Source: a virus. From it: 64,000 nt of DNA. Shown one piece after another: positions 31,926 to 40,317 of this stretch (position 1 is the stretch's first letter; each line of letters starts with the position of its first letter). The stretch is from the IMG/VR virus record IMGVR_UViG_3300025168_000043, positions 32,377 to 96,376 of that record; one strand, written 5' to 3'. A model generated the notes under the pieces. The model was not told the origin of the DNA. It saw only the letters and a program-made list of their open reading frames with translations, and did not search any database. The translations under genes were made by a program, and so were the position numbers.

Positions 31926-32678
31926 ATGAAAATCACCAAAAAACTTTTAGAGCAAATGATTGAGGAAGCAGCATCGGAGTATGTCTACGGTATTAAAAAT
32001 CCCGGTCGTGTTGCCAACCAATACAAAATAAAGACAATCAAGAAAGTTATCTTTGAAGAGTTGTCCACAAACCTTAACGAAGATGGCCACGAAGACACAT
32101 CCTCAGCAATAAGAAAGTTGAAGACTTCTATTGAAGACGCAGGAGAAATCCTACAAGGTCTCCAAGCACACCAAGGAGATCTTCCCTCTTGGTGGATGGG
32201 CAAAGTAACTATCGCTGCTGACTATCTTAACAAAGCCAGAGACTACTTCCTTGTTTCCGGTGATGTGATGCAAGAAGAAGAGTTGGACGAGCGATGTCAA
32301 AAAGGTTATAAAACCCACGACACCCAAAAAACAAAACAAATGTTTGGAAAGACTTACCGCAACTGTGTAAAAGCAGAGGGTATGGAAGAGGATGCGATGG
32401 ACGAGATCTTTGGCCTTACCAATAATATCTCCTCTAACATTCTACATCTAAGCAAAGAAGACCGAGCACTTATTGAGCGTGACCTCGAAGAGATCAGAGA
32501 GTTGGCGCAAATGGAAGTGATGGACGAGCGCAAACTAAAACCGACCGAAAAGAAGAAACTTAAACGACTTGAAAAAGAAGTTCCCAAAAAAGACTTTACT
32601 GACCAGTATGGAAAGGAAGGCGAATCTATTTACTATGCCACATTAACTAAAATGGCGAAAAAGGGCAAGAAGAAATGA
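31926..32678 (+). CDS. Putative internal head polyprotein with leader and several modules
   Basis: MKITKKLLEQMIEE; modules separated by LNE, LDE, MEE, MDE. Confidence 0.6.
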   Translation: MKITKKLLEQMIEEAASEYVYGIKNPGRVANQYKIKTIKKVIFEELSTNLNEDGHEDTSSAIRKLKTSIEDAGEILQGLQAHQGDLPSWWMGKVTIAADYLNKARDYFLVSGDVMQEEELDERCQKGYKTHDTQKTKQMFGKTYRNCVKAEGMEEDAMDEIFGLTNNISSNILHLSKEDRALIERDLEEIRELAQMEVMDERKLKPTEKKKLKRLEKEVPKKDFTDQYGKEGESIYYATLTKMAKKGKKK

Positions 32679-33307
32679 AAATTACCAGAGAAAAACTAAA
32701 GCAAATCATCAAGGAAGAACTTGAAACTGCTCTTAATGAACAAACGCCCGCATATTATCAAGCCGGCAAGATTGGCGCAGGTATACCCGGCATTTTTAAA
32801 CGCCTTAGCCCCGTTCCGGACTATCTGGTACAAAGCTATAAAGGAAAAAAGAAAGTCTATAACACGAATAATGGAAATATTGTGGCATTAGATGATAGGG
32901 GCATTCCTTTTGTTTCATATGCTGATGAGATGGAGAAGAACCCCAATGCGGACTACCAATTCGCGATAGATACGCTTAAAAAAAATGGCTATGTAGAAGC
33001 TTCTCTAAGTGTCCCTATGTCTCCGGCAAATCTTGATGCACTCACTCTCGGAACTATTAAAGGGGAAGAGGTCGATCGTGGCTATGTACAAAGAGCGCGC
33101 GCCAACTTTATGAATCAGGACAAAGATATCCCCCGGATTAAGCAAGTCATCGGCAAGAGAGAACTGTCAGATCCAAGTATGCCTAACTGGGACCCCAGCA
33201 AAAATCAAATAGTTTACTTGGGATCACGGACACTTAGTTCCGGAGGTCGGGAAATTTATTTTAAGACATCAAATACTCACAAGTATTATAAAGCATTGGC
33301 CAGATAA
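32675..33307 (+). CDS. Putative internal head (cargo) protein with conserved N-terminal leader
   Basis: MKITREKLKQIIKEELETALNE; ATGA overlap with the previous gene. Confidence 0.6.
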   Translation: MKITREKLKQIIKEELETALNEQTPAYYQAGKIGAGIPGIFKRLSPVPDYLVQSYKGKKKVYNTNNGNIVALDDRGIPFVSYADEMEKNPNADYQFAIDTLKKNGYVEASLSVPMSPANLDALTLGTIKGEEVDRGYVQRARANFMNQDKDIPRIKQVIGKRELSDPSMPNWDPSKNQIVYLGSRTLSSGGREIYFKTSNTHKYYKALAR

Positions 33308-33320
33308 AGGAAATAATATT

Positions 33321-33857
33321 ATGAAAACCACTAAACAACAACTTAGACAAATCATCAAAGAAGAGTTAGAGGTCGTCCTCACAAACGAGGAGGCAGGCGA
33401 ACTCTTTGGCGAAGGCGTTGAAGCTCAGTTAGAAGAACAAGAGTTGAATGAAGACCTTGGTCAACTAGCTAATATGCTTGGCTCAAATCCTGAAGAACTA
33501 ATGATTGTACTCAAAGGCCTTGGTCTCACTGCTGCAAACATCGGAGTCCCAGCAGCCGCCGGCGGAGTTTTGTATAAAATTATAGATATGATAAGGGATT
33601 ACCGGGAACGAAAAGCAGAGCCCGAAGGCGAGCAAATGATGGAGCAAGAAAAGGTTGCTGGTGATGTCGCCCGCGTTGGCAAAAAGCTTGGTGGTGTTCA
33701 AGGTCTTGAAGCTCTTTTGGCAAGCATCAACAATCGTGATAAGTTTGAGGCTGTTTTAGCACAGTTTATTCAGATGGTTGCTAAAGAAAGACTTCAGCCC
33801 AACGATGTTAAAATGGGTGTTCGTAACGTTGCAGCAACGATTCTAAAAGGCAAGTAA
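33321..33857 (+). CDS. Putative internal head (cargo) protein with conserved N-terminal leader
   Basis: MKTTKQQLRQIIKEELE...ELNE...MMEQE; SD aagga. Confidence 0.6.
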   Translation: MKTTKQQLRQIIKEELEVVLTNEEAGELFGEGVEAQLEEQELNEDLGQLANMLGSNPEELMIVLKGLGLTAANIGVPAAAGGVLYKIIDMIRDYRERKAEPEGEQMMEQEKVAGDVARVGKKLGGVQGLEALLASINNRDKFEAVLAQFIQMVAKERLQPNDVKMGVRNVAATILKGK

Positions 33858-34325
33858 ATGAAAGACCTTATGGAAGGCTGGCGTGGATATCTTTCAGAAC
33901 AAGAGGAAGAAGTCGGTGACCCAAAGGGGATAGAGACGTTTGAAGATCTTAAGAAACTTTTAAGATCTATTGAACTTAAAAGAAAGGGCGGCGCCGTTGG
34001 CAAGAAAGCACTTAGTTTTGCTGCGTCTCTTATACCGGGTGGATCAGCAGCAAAAGAGTTGTTTGATAATGCGAAGGATGTTAAAGAATTCTTACAAGAT
34101 TTGTATACAGCAGATGATAACTTTAAAACACAAACTAGGCTTGACACCCTGAACATTGATGATAATGTTTCAAAAATTGTTGATGATCAAGTAGAGGCAG
34201 CATTTCTTAAAGTATTGCCAAATTTAATCGCAGATAAAACTGGACCTATTGGTGATTTTAACATTACTAAAGAATTGCAAGTTTTTCTAGCATCCAAATT
34301 TAATAATACAACAGTTAAAAAATAA
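33858..34325 (+). CDS. Putative internal head protein with a second leader type
   Basis: MKDLMEGWRGYLSEQE; directly abuts the previous gene. Confidence 0.5.
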   Translation: MKDLMEGWRGYLSEQEEEVGDPKGIETFEDLKKLLRSIELKRKGGAVGKKALSFAASLIPGGSAAKELFDNAKDVKEFLQDLYTADDNFKTQTRLDTLNIDDNVSKIVDDQVEAAFLKVLPNLIADKTGPIGDFNITKELQVFLASKFNNTTVKK

Positions 34326-34328
34326 TCC

Positions 34329-34357
34329 TTGACAGTGAGCCTTTAGCAGGTTATAAT
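34329..34357 (+). promoter_or_regulatory. Consensus sigma70 promoter for the 2OG-Fe(II) oxygenase
   Basis: TTGACA, 17 bp spacer, TATAAT. Confidence 0.85.
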
Positions 34358-34375
34358 AATAGTAACGAGGAAAAT

Positions 34376-35140
34376 ATGTCTAAAAGCTTAGTGGCTTCTA
34401 TTGAAGCTCATGATTGTATTAGGACCACCTATTTTAAAATAAGACTATCTGATGAGGTCTTGGCCGGCCTTCAGGAATACTCAGCTAAAGTTTTATCGTC
34501 TCCAAGCGTGTATGAAGATTATACATATAGGTTAGCCGGCCACATAAAAAAGGGTAAACAATTACAAATTCCTTTAGAAACCAAAGAGACAAAAGATTTA
34601 TTAAAAGTTTTATCCTCAGCCACCATACAATATTATAATAATTATTTATCTCGCGTGATGCCAAATCATGCACAAATACCTAAAGAAGAAAATCCATACG
34701 CTCTCAAGGGTGTAGAGGTTCAAGATCTGTGGTTAAACTCATATTTAGCTGGGGACTATAACCCAATACATAAGCATGGAACTGTTTCTCCTGTTGGGAT
34801 GTCATGTTTTATAGTTGTAAGCGTACCAGATAGTATTAAAAATAAAAAACAATCTCATACTGTGGGTAAATCAGGCGGGATTACTGGAAACGATCATTTT
34901 GATGGACACACTTTACTAAAGTGGGGATATAACTTTGGTAGCGACAACGTATTTGATTCTTTAGAATACTCGCAGCAGGATTATGTAAAGCCGGAAGAGG
35001 GTATGATATACTTATTTCCACGATGGATGGATCATATGGTGTGTCCATTCCAAGGTCCGGGGATTAGAGTGACAATGGCCGCTAACATTAGTATATGGAC
35101 AGATAGATATTATAAAATATATAATAATTCTAGTGAATAA
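34376..35140 (+). CDS. 2OG-Fe(II) oxygenase superfamily protein (TIGR02466-like)
   Basis: WLNSY...GDYNPIHKH...YLFPRWMDHMVCPF...RVTMAANI: HxH...H...RxxxxxN jelly-roll signature. Confidence 0.82.
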   Translation: MSKSLVASIEAHDCIRTTYFKIRLSDEVLAGLQEYSAKVLSSPSVYEDYTYRLAGHIKKGKQLQIPLETKETKDLLKVLSSATIQYYNNYLSRVMPNHAQIPKEENPYALKGVEVQDLWLNSYLAGDYNPIHKHGTVSPVGMSCFIVVSVPDSIKNKKQSHTVGKSGGITGNDHFDGHTLLKWGYNFGSDNVFDSLEYSQQDYVKPEEGMIYLFPRWMDHMVCPFQGPGIRVTMAANISIWTDRYYKIYNNSSE

Positions 35141-35143
35141 TCC

Positions 35144-35172
35144 TTGACAACAAGTCTGTAGCAGGTTATATT
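35144..35172 (+). promoter_or_regulatory. sigma70 promoter for the SbcCD fusion gene
   Basis: TTGACA, 17 bp spacer, TATATT; near-copy of the promoter at 34329. Confidence 0.8.
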
Positions 35173-35199
35173 ATAAGTATATTCAAGTAAGGGGTTACT

Positions 35200-38100
35200 T
35201 TGAAGATCGCACATATCGCGGATACACACATTCGCAACTATAAGTATCATAGAGAGTATCGTGAGGTATTTGATAAAATCTATGATAAACTAAAAGAAGA
35301 GAAAGTTGACTACATTGTCCACTGCGGGGATCTCGCACACACAAAGACTCAACTTTCTCCTGAATATTTTGATTTGGCGACATCGTTCTTAAGGAACCTT
35401 GCCAACATTGCGCCGACCTATATCATTCTTGGAAACCACGATGGTAATCTAAAGAACGAACATAGGCAGGACGCGATTACGCCAATCGCAAATGCTTTAG
35501 ACCATCCACAACTTCACCTGCTCAGAAACGCAGGCGAGACAGTGGTTGGGAATATAGCATTCAACGTTCTTTCTGTCTTTGATGAAGAGAACTGGGTGAA
35601 ACCATCAAGTAAAGAACGCATTAACATTGCGCTCTATCACGGCTCTGTGTCTGGTGTTACAACCGATACAGGCTGGGTAATGACACACGGTGACCATCCT
35701 ATTGAAGTTTTCGAGGGGCACGATTATGTTCTTCTTGGAGACATTCATAAAACAAACCAAATCCTCGATGACGAGGGACGTGTAAGGTATCCGGGCTCCA
35801 CTGTTCAACAGAACTTTGGTGAGACGGATGATAAAGGCTTCCTGCTTTGGGATATCCAGAGTAAAGAAGACTTTAGTTGTGAACACGTTGTAATCCCAAA
35901 CCCCAAGCCTTTTGTTACTATAAACCTAACCCCCACTGGGCGTATGCCCAAAGGCTTGTCTGTGAAAAAGGGTGCCAGATTACGACTAGTTTCTAACAAC
36001 AATCTGTCTCTTGAAGCGATGCGGAAGGCAGTAGATGTCGCAAAGCAACGCTTCAAGCCCGATACTATTACATTTCTTAATAGAGCAGCAGGCCAACGGG
36101 GGAACGTTGAAGAAATCACAGACAGTATTCAACAAGATGATATGCGAAACCCAGAGATCCAAGAAGAACTTATTCGTGAGTATCTGGTAGATTACCAAAC
36201 CAGCGAAGAGCTAATGAAAAAGGTTTTGGATCTCAATACCCAATACATCAAGAAGGCTGAAGAGACCGAAGAAGTATCCAGAAACATCAAGTGGCGTATC
36301 AACGACCTACAATGGGACAACCTATTCAACTATGGTGATGGCAACAGGATTGACTTCAACAAGCTAAATGGCACCGTTGGTATTTTCGGCAAGAACTATT
36401 CCGGCAAATCCAGTGTTGTTGACAGTTTATTATATACTTTGTTTAACACTACATCAAAGAACGAAAGAAGAAACGTCAACATTATCAACCAGAATAGAGA
36501 TGAAGGTTCTGGTGAGGTTGTGATATCAATCGGCGAAGAACAATATTATGTTCGCCGAGGGTCAAAGAAATATACAAAGCGTTTGAAAGGTGTTGAAACA
36601 CTTGAAGCGAAAACCGATCTAGACTTCTTCAAGATCGATGCCAACGGAGAAAAGGTTAGTTTAAATGGACTCACAAGAAACGACACAGACAAAAACATCC
36701 GAAAGGTCTTTGGATCTTTGGATGACTTCCTTCTCACTAGTTTGTCTAGCCAGTTGGATAGTCTTTCCTTTATTAGGGAAGGCAGCACAAAACGCAAGGA
36801 AATCCTTGCGAAGTTTCTCGACTTGGAAATCTTCGAAAAGAAGTTCAGATTAGCTAAAGAAGACGCATCAGATATGCGAGGTGCTTTGAAACGCCTTGAA
36901 GGTAGGGAATACGATGCTGAGATAGAAACTGCCGAAGCAGAGCATAACGAATGCGAAGAAAACTTATATGACCAGAAAGCCATATGTGAGGATCTCCGAG
37001 GCGAGATTGGGATCCTTTCTAAGAACATTACCGAGATAGACACCAAGATAGAATCTATTCCAGCAGAGGTAATAAACATTGCTCAGGTCAGAGTAGATAT
37101 CAAAGACAAGGCAGCAACTCTCGCTAAAACACAGGAACAACTTACACAAGAAAAAGACAATCTACAAGAAAAGAAAGATCTTATCTCTAAGATAGAAGAG
37201 TTCTTGGAGAGTTATGATATTGATGACCTGAAACAGAAAGAAAAGAAATCAGATGATCTATGGGTTAAAATCGTAGATCTAAAGAAAGAACTACACCGAA
37301 TAGAAGAAAAGGTTTCTTCCCTGAACGATCCTGAGTTTTTAAGAGGTTGTAAGTGTCTGTTCGAAGCAGAAGCAGCCTTAAAGTTAAAGCCAGACGTAGA
37401 AGAGAAGATAGGGATCTTTTCTGAAGAGCACACAGCTTACAACGCTCCAAGTATTGATAAAAAGATTGAACAGTATGGCTCTCTTGTGTCTAAGAAAGAT
37501 CAATCAACAAGAGACATTACAACTACCGAACTCACAATCGCCCGTAAGCAAAACACCATCAATACTCTGATGGCAGAGTTATCAGTGCTTAAAACCAAGA
37601 AAACATCTTATGAAGATAATAAAGAAGCAATTGAGAATCTTGAAGCACTCCTTAGCGAGAAGAAAACTCACAGAACAAGCCTCTCCACCAAGGAGAGAGA
37701 ACTAGAAACCTGTGAAGATGAGATTGTAAAATATCACAGAACGGTTGGTTCTCTGGAACAAAAGGTTATTAATATCAAAGATCAAAAGAACGACTACCTT
37801 GAACTTCGTGAACAGTTCGCAGCATACGATCTTTACATGCGCTGTATGCACCCTAACGGTATCGCATACGATGTTATCAAAAAGAAACTTCCAGTTATCA
37901 ATCAAGAGATAGCAAAGGTTCTTACAAACTTAACAAACTTTGAAGTCCTCTTTGAGGAGGATGGAAATAAGCTTGATATCTTTATCAAGCATCCGAAGCA
38001 CGACCCTCGTCCACTCTCTATGGCTTCGGGAGCAGAGAAGACAATGGCCGCAATGGCTATCCGTCTTGCTTTCCTTGCAGTGTCAAACCTGCCTACAAGC

Positions 38101-38295
38101 GACATTATGGTGCTTGATGAACCGGGGACAGCATTGGACGAGGAACACTTACAAGCATTCACCCAACTTTTGGATATGATTAAGGTACATTTCAAGACAA
38201 CACTTTTGATTTCCCATTTGGATTCATTAAAAGATGTTGTTGATTTAACTCTTGACATTTGCAAAAAAGAAGGTTATGCTTATATAAACCAATAA
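35200..38295 (+). CDS. Fused SbcD (Mre11-like nuclease) and SbcC (Rad50-like ATPase); T4 gp47/gp46 equivalent
   Basis: N-terminal IADTH, CGD, GNHD, YHG, GDIH metallophosphoesterase motifs; Walker A GKNYSGKSS, coiled coil, ASGAE signature, Walker B MVLDEP, ISH; TTG start with SD aagggg. Confidence 0.9.
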   Translation: MKIAHIADTHIRNYKYHREYREVFDKIYDKLKEEKVDYIVHCGDLAHTKTQLSPEYFDLATSFLRNLANIAPTYIILGNHDGNLKNEHRQDAITPIANALDHPQLHLLRNAGETVVGNIAFNVLSVFDEENWVKPSSKERINIALYHGSVSGVTTDTGWVMTHGDHPIEVFEGHDYVLLGDIHKTNQILDDEGRVRYPGSTVQQNFGETDDKGFLLWDIQSKEDFSCEHVVIPNPKPFVTINLTPTGRMPKGLSVKKGARLRLVSNNNLSLEAMRKAVDVAKQRFKPDTITFLNRAAGQRGNVEEITDSIQQDDMRNPEIQEELIREYLVDYQTSEELMKKVLDLNTQYIKKAEETEEVSRNIKWRINDLQWDNLFNYGDGNRIDFNKLNGTVGIFGKNYSGKSSVVDSLLYTLFNTTSKNERRNVNIINQNRDEGSGEVVISIGEEQYYVRRGSKKYTKRLKGVETLEAKTDLDFFKIDANGEKVSLNGLTRNDTDKNIRKVFGSLDDFLLTSLSSQLDSLSFIREGSTKRKEILAKFLDLEIFEKKFRLAKEDASDMRGALKRLEGREYDAEIETAEAEHNECEENLYDQKAICEDLRGEIGILSKNITEIDTKIESIPAEVINIAQVRVDIKDKAATLAKTQEQLTQEKDNLQEKKDLISKIEEFLESYDIDDLKQKEKKSDDLWVKIVDLKKELHRIEEKVSSLNDPEFLRGCKCLFEAEAALKLKPDVEEKIGIFSEEHTAYNAPSIDKKIEQYGSLVSKKDQSTRDITTTELTIARKQNTINTLMAELSVLKTKKTSYEDNKEAIENLEALLSEKKTHRTSLSTKERELETCEDEIVKYHRTVGSLEQKVINIKDQKNDYLELREQFAAYDLYMRCMHPNGIAYDVIKKKLPVINQEIAKVLTNLTNFEVLFEEDGNKLDIFIKHPKHDPRPLSMASGAEKTMAAMAIRLAFLAVSNLPTSDIMVLDEPGTALDEEHLQAFTQLLDMIKVHFKTTLLISHLDSLKDVVDLTLDICKKEGYAYINQ

Positions 38296-38303
38296 CTATT
38301 TAT
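38252..38303 (+). promoter_or_regulatory. Tandem sigma70-like promoter and late motif upstream of the membrane-protein trio
   Basis: TTGACA (38252), 17 bp, TATGCT (38275); AACTATTTAT at 38294. Confidence 0.55.
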
Positions 38304-38318
38304 TACATTGGAGGTAAT

Positions 38319-38510
38319 ATGAATATGATTAAGGGAGCAGTCGATAAAACTTTAGAAAAGGTTGTATCGCGTAAGCTACTTGTCTGGGCAACAGCAACCG
38401 GTCTCGCGGCTGGTGGTTTCTTGACTAGCGGAGATTGGGTAACCATCTCGGCTCTTTATCTCGGTGGCCAAGCAGTCATCGATGCCGTTGTTAAACTCAA
38501 GGCAGCGTAA
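38319..38510 (+). CDS. Small membrane protein, putative holin
   Basis: Start moved to ATG 38319 after SD ggagg; SRKLLVW followed by two hydrophobic segments; M-N-M possible dual start. Confidence 0.5.
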   Translation: MNMIKGAVDKTLEKVVSRKLLVWATATGLAAGGFLTSGDWVTISALYLGGQAVIDAVVKLKAA

Positions 38511-38887
38511 TGAGAAGCCTTATGAGATTCATAGGCACCTATTGGAAGGAGATCGCGATAGCTTCGTTGTTATTTGCGGTCTCCTTCTTCTGGTGGCAAG
38601 ACCACAAGGGTCTGGTTGATGCATACGACGCGTCTGTAGAGAGCTACGAGACAAGATTGAAGGAACTTAAAGAGAGCCATCAACGCGAGACTGAACGCAA
38701 GGCAGAGGCTCTTGAAGACTACAAGGCAAAGCTACAAGAACTTGAGATGGAATACACAGAGTATCAGCAAGCTGTAGCAGAAGCTAAATTTGAAAGAGTA
38801 CAAGATTTTGTAACTCTGAGACAAAGCAATCCAGATCAACTGATCGTGGAAATTGAGGCAAAGTTTGGTTTTGAGCACGTTGATTAA
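38510..38887 (+). CDS. Membrane-anchored coiled-coil protein, i-spanin-like
   Basis: Single N-terminal TM (IAIASLLFAVSFFWW) then long coiled coil; follows putative holin. Confidence 0.45.
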   Translation: MRSLMRFIGTYWKEIAIASLLFAVSFFWWQDHKGLVDAYDASVESYETRLKELKESHQRETERKAEALEDYKAKLQELEMEYTEYQQAVAEAKFERVQDFVTLRQSNPDQLIVEIEAKFGFEHVD

Positions 38888-39302
38888 AACATTATTTTTA
38901 TTTCTTTTGATGATCCCTGTTGCTTACGGTGGCGATGGTAAGTTTACCCTCGTTCCGCAAGGTGGGGTTGTCCCGTTTGAAGCAACTTGCTTTGACACAG
39001 AAGCCACAGCCAAGCTATTAACTTGGAAAGAGTTTCTAGCAGAAGAGATGAAAACCAAGTGTGAATACGAAAAGCAAGCTTTGGTCTTAGACACAGAGCT
39101 AGTGATTACAAATATGCAGATCACTCTTGACGAAACACGAGTTCGGTATCAGGTAGAGATTGATACACGAGATAAAGAACTAGAAACTCTGCGTGACATT
39201 ATCAAGAAAAACAAAAAACTAAACATACCTGTTGTCGTAGCAACCTCTGTGGCCGTTGGCTTTGGAGTTGGATTCGGCACTTATCATTTTGCGAGTCGGT
39301 GA
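38853..39302 (+). CDS. Exported coiled-coil protein with C-terminal hydrophobic anchor (possible spanin partner); exact start uncertain
   Basis: Signal-like LIKTLFLFLLMIPVAYG; C-terminal IPVVVATSVAVGFGVGFGTY; overlaps previous gene. Confidence 0.4.
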   Translation: MRQSLVLSTLIKTLFLFLLMIPVAYGGDGKFTLVPQGGVVPFEATCFDTEATAKLLTWKEFLAEEMKTKCEYEKQALVLDTELVITNMQITLDETRVRYQVEIDTRDKELETLRDIIKKNKKLNIPVVVATSVAVGFGVGFGTYHFASR

Positions 39303-39703
39303 TGAGCAAGAAAGATTTAGATTTAAACGACATCGCTAGATATGAAAAAGCGATCGCAAAGAAATATGGCCCCAAAGCCATAGAAAACCCAAGGAAATAT
39401 TGGAACGATGAAAAAGAAAAGTCTTATCAAGACCAGATTAAAAAGCTTGCCGAAAAAGAGCGTTCATTCGAAGAAAAGGATGATAAAGTAGAAGTAGACG
39501 GCTTTTTAATCTCCAAAAAACTACTTAATAAAGACACGACTAGGAGAACTTGTCCAGTTTGCAAAACATACTCTTTTAAAATAAGAGATGATGTATTTAT
39601 GAATAAGTTTGAATGTTGTGAAAAGTGTTATGTGCAGTGGATTGAAAATCGAGAAGATCGCTGGTTGACAGGCTGGCGCCCAAATAAACAGGAGACAGAT
39701 TAA
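39299..39703 (+). CDS. Hypothetical protein with Cys4 zinc-finger-like motif
   Basis: CPVC...CCEKC. Confidence 0.55.
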   Translation: MMSKKDLDLNDIARYEKAIAKKYGPKAIENPRKYWNDEKEKSYQDQIKKLAEKERSFEEKDDKVEVDGFLISKKLLNKDTTRRTCPVCKTYSFKIRDDVFMNKFECCEKCYVQWIENREDRWLTGWRPNKQETD

Positions 39704-40317
39704 TGGCTACAACAATGGAAATCGTTAGAGGGATCTCGCAGGTGATGGCAAACACCTATGATGGAGCCCTTGATGAAAACGGTGAGCCAATCAAGGTTGG
39801 ACTTAAAAGAGAAGAGGGGCACCCTATTCATGACTCAAGAGTTATGGATGGCTTCAAGGTGTCATTCCCGGCCAACCAACTTTGTATTCATTACCATTCG
39901 GAGGTCAGACTGAAAGAAGTTTACGCAAACGGTTTTGAGTCAGATCTAGAACAAATGATTGAAGATATTGCTTCGTTCCTTAAAAAAGAATATAGAAAAG
40001 TCACTGGCTCTACGCTTAGTCTAAAGAAGGTAGGCGAGCTTGACGCTATAGTGCAAAACACATCCCGCATCCGAACTTGGGTTCAGGCTAAGTGTTTTTA
40101 TGATATTGGTGGTCTCGACGATACTACAGAGGGCATTAACGATCCTTCAGACGATCGACTCGAAGACAATTTTCGTAAGTTCTTAGAAAAAGATGCAGGA
40201 AACAAGCGCCCAAGCAACGACAAAACCAAAGCACCAACTCCGGGCCAGCCCGTTTACGCAGGTAACGGCAAAGTCCACGCTAGAAAGGATGTAAACAGCA
40301 CTTACAAGGCTGAGTAA
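39703..40317 (+). CDS. Hypothetical protein upstream of terminase
   Basis: 204 aa, TAATG-coupled on both sides, SD ggag. Confidence 0.55.
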   Translation: MATTMEIVRGISQVMANTYDGALDENGEPIKVGLKREEGHPIHDSRVMDGFKVSFPANQLCIHYHSEVRLKEVYANGFESDLEQMIEDIASFLKKEYRKVTGSTLSLKKVGELDAIVQNTSRIRTWVQAKCFYDIGGLDDTTEGINDPSDDRLEDNFRKFLEKDAGNKRPSNDKTKAPTPGQPVYAGNGKVHARKDVNSTYKAE

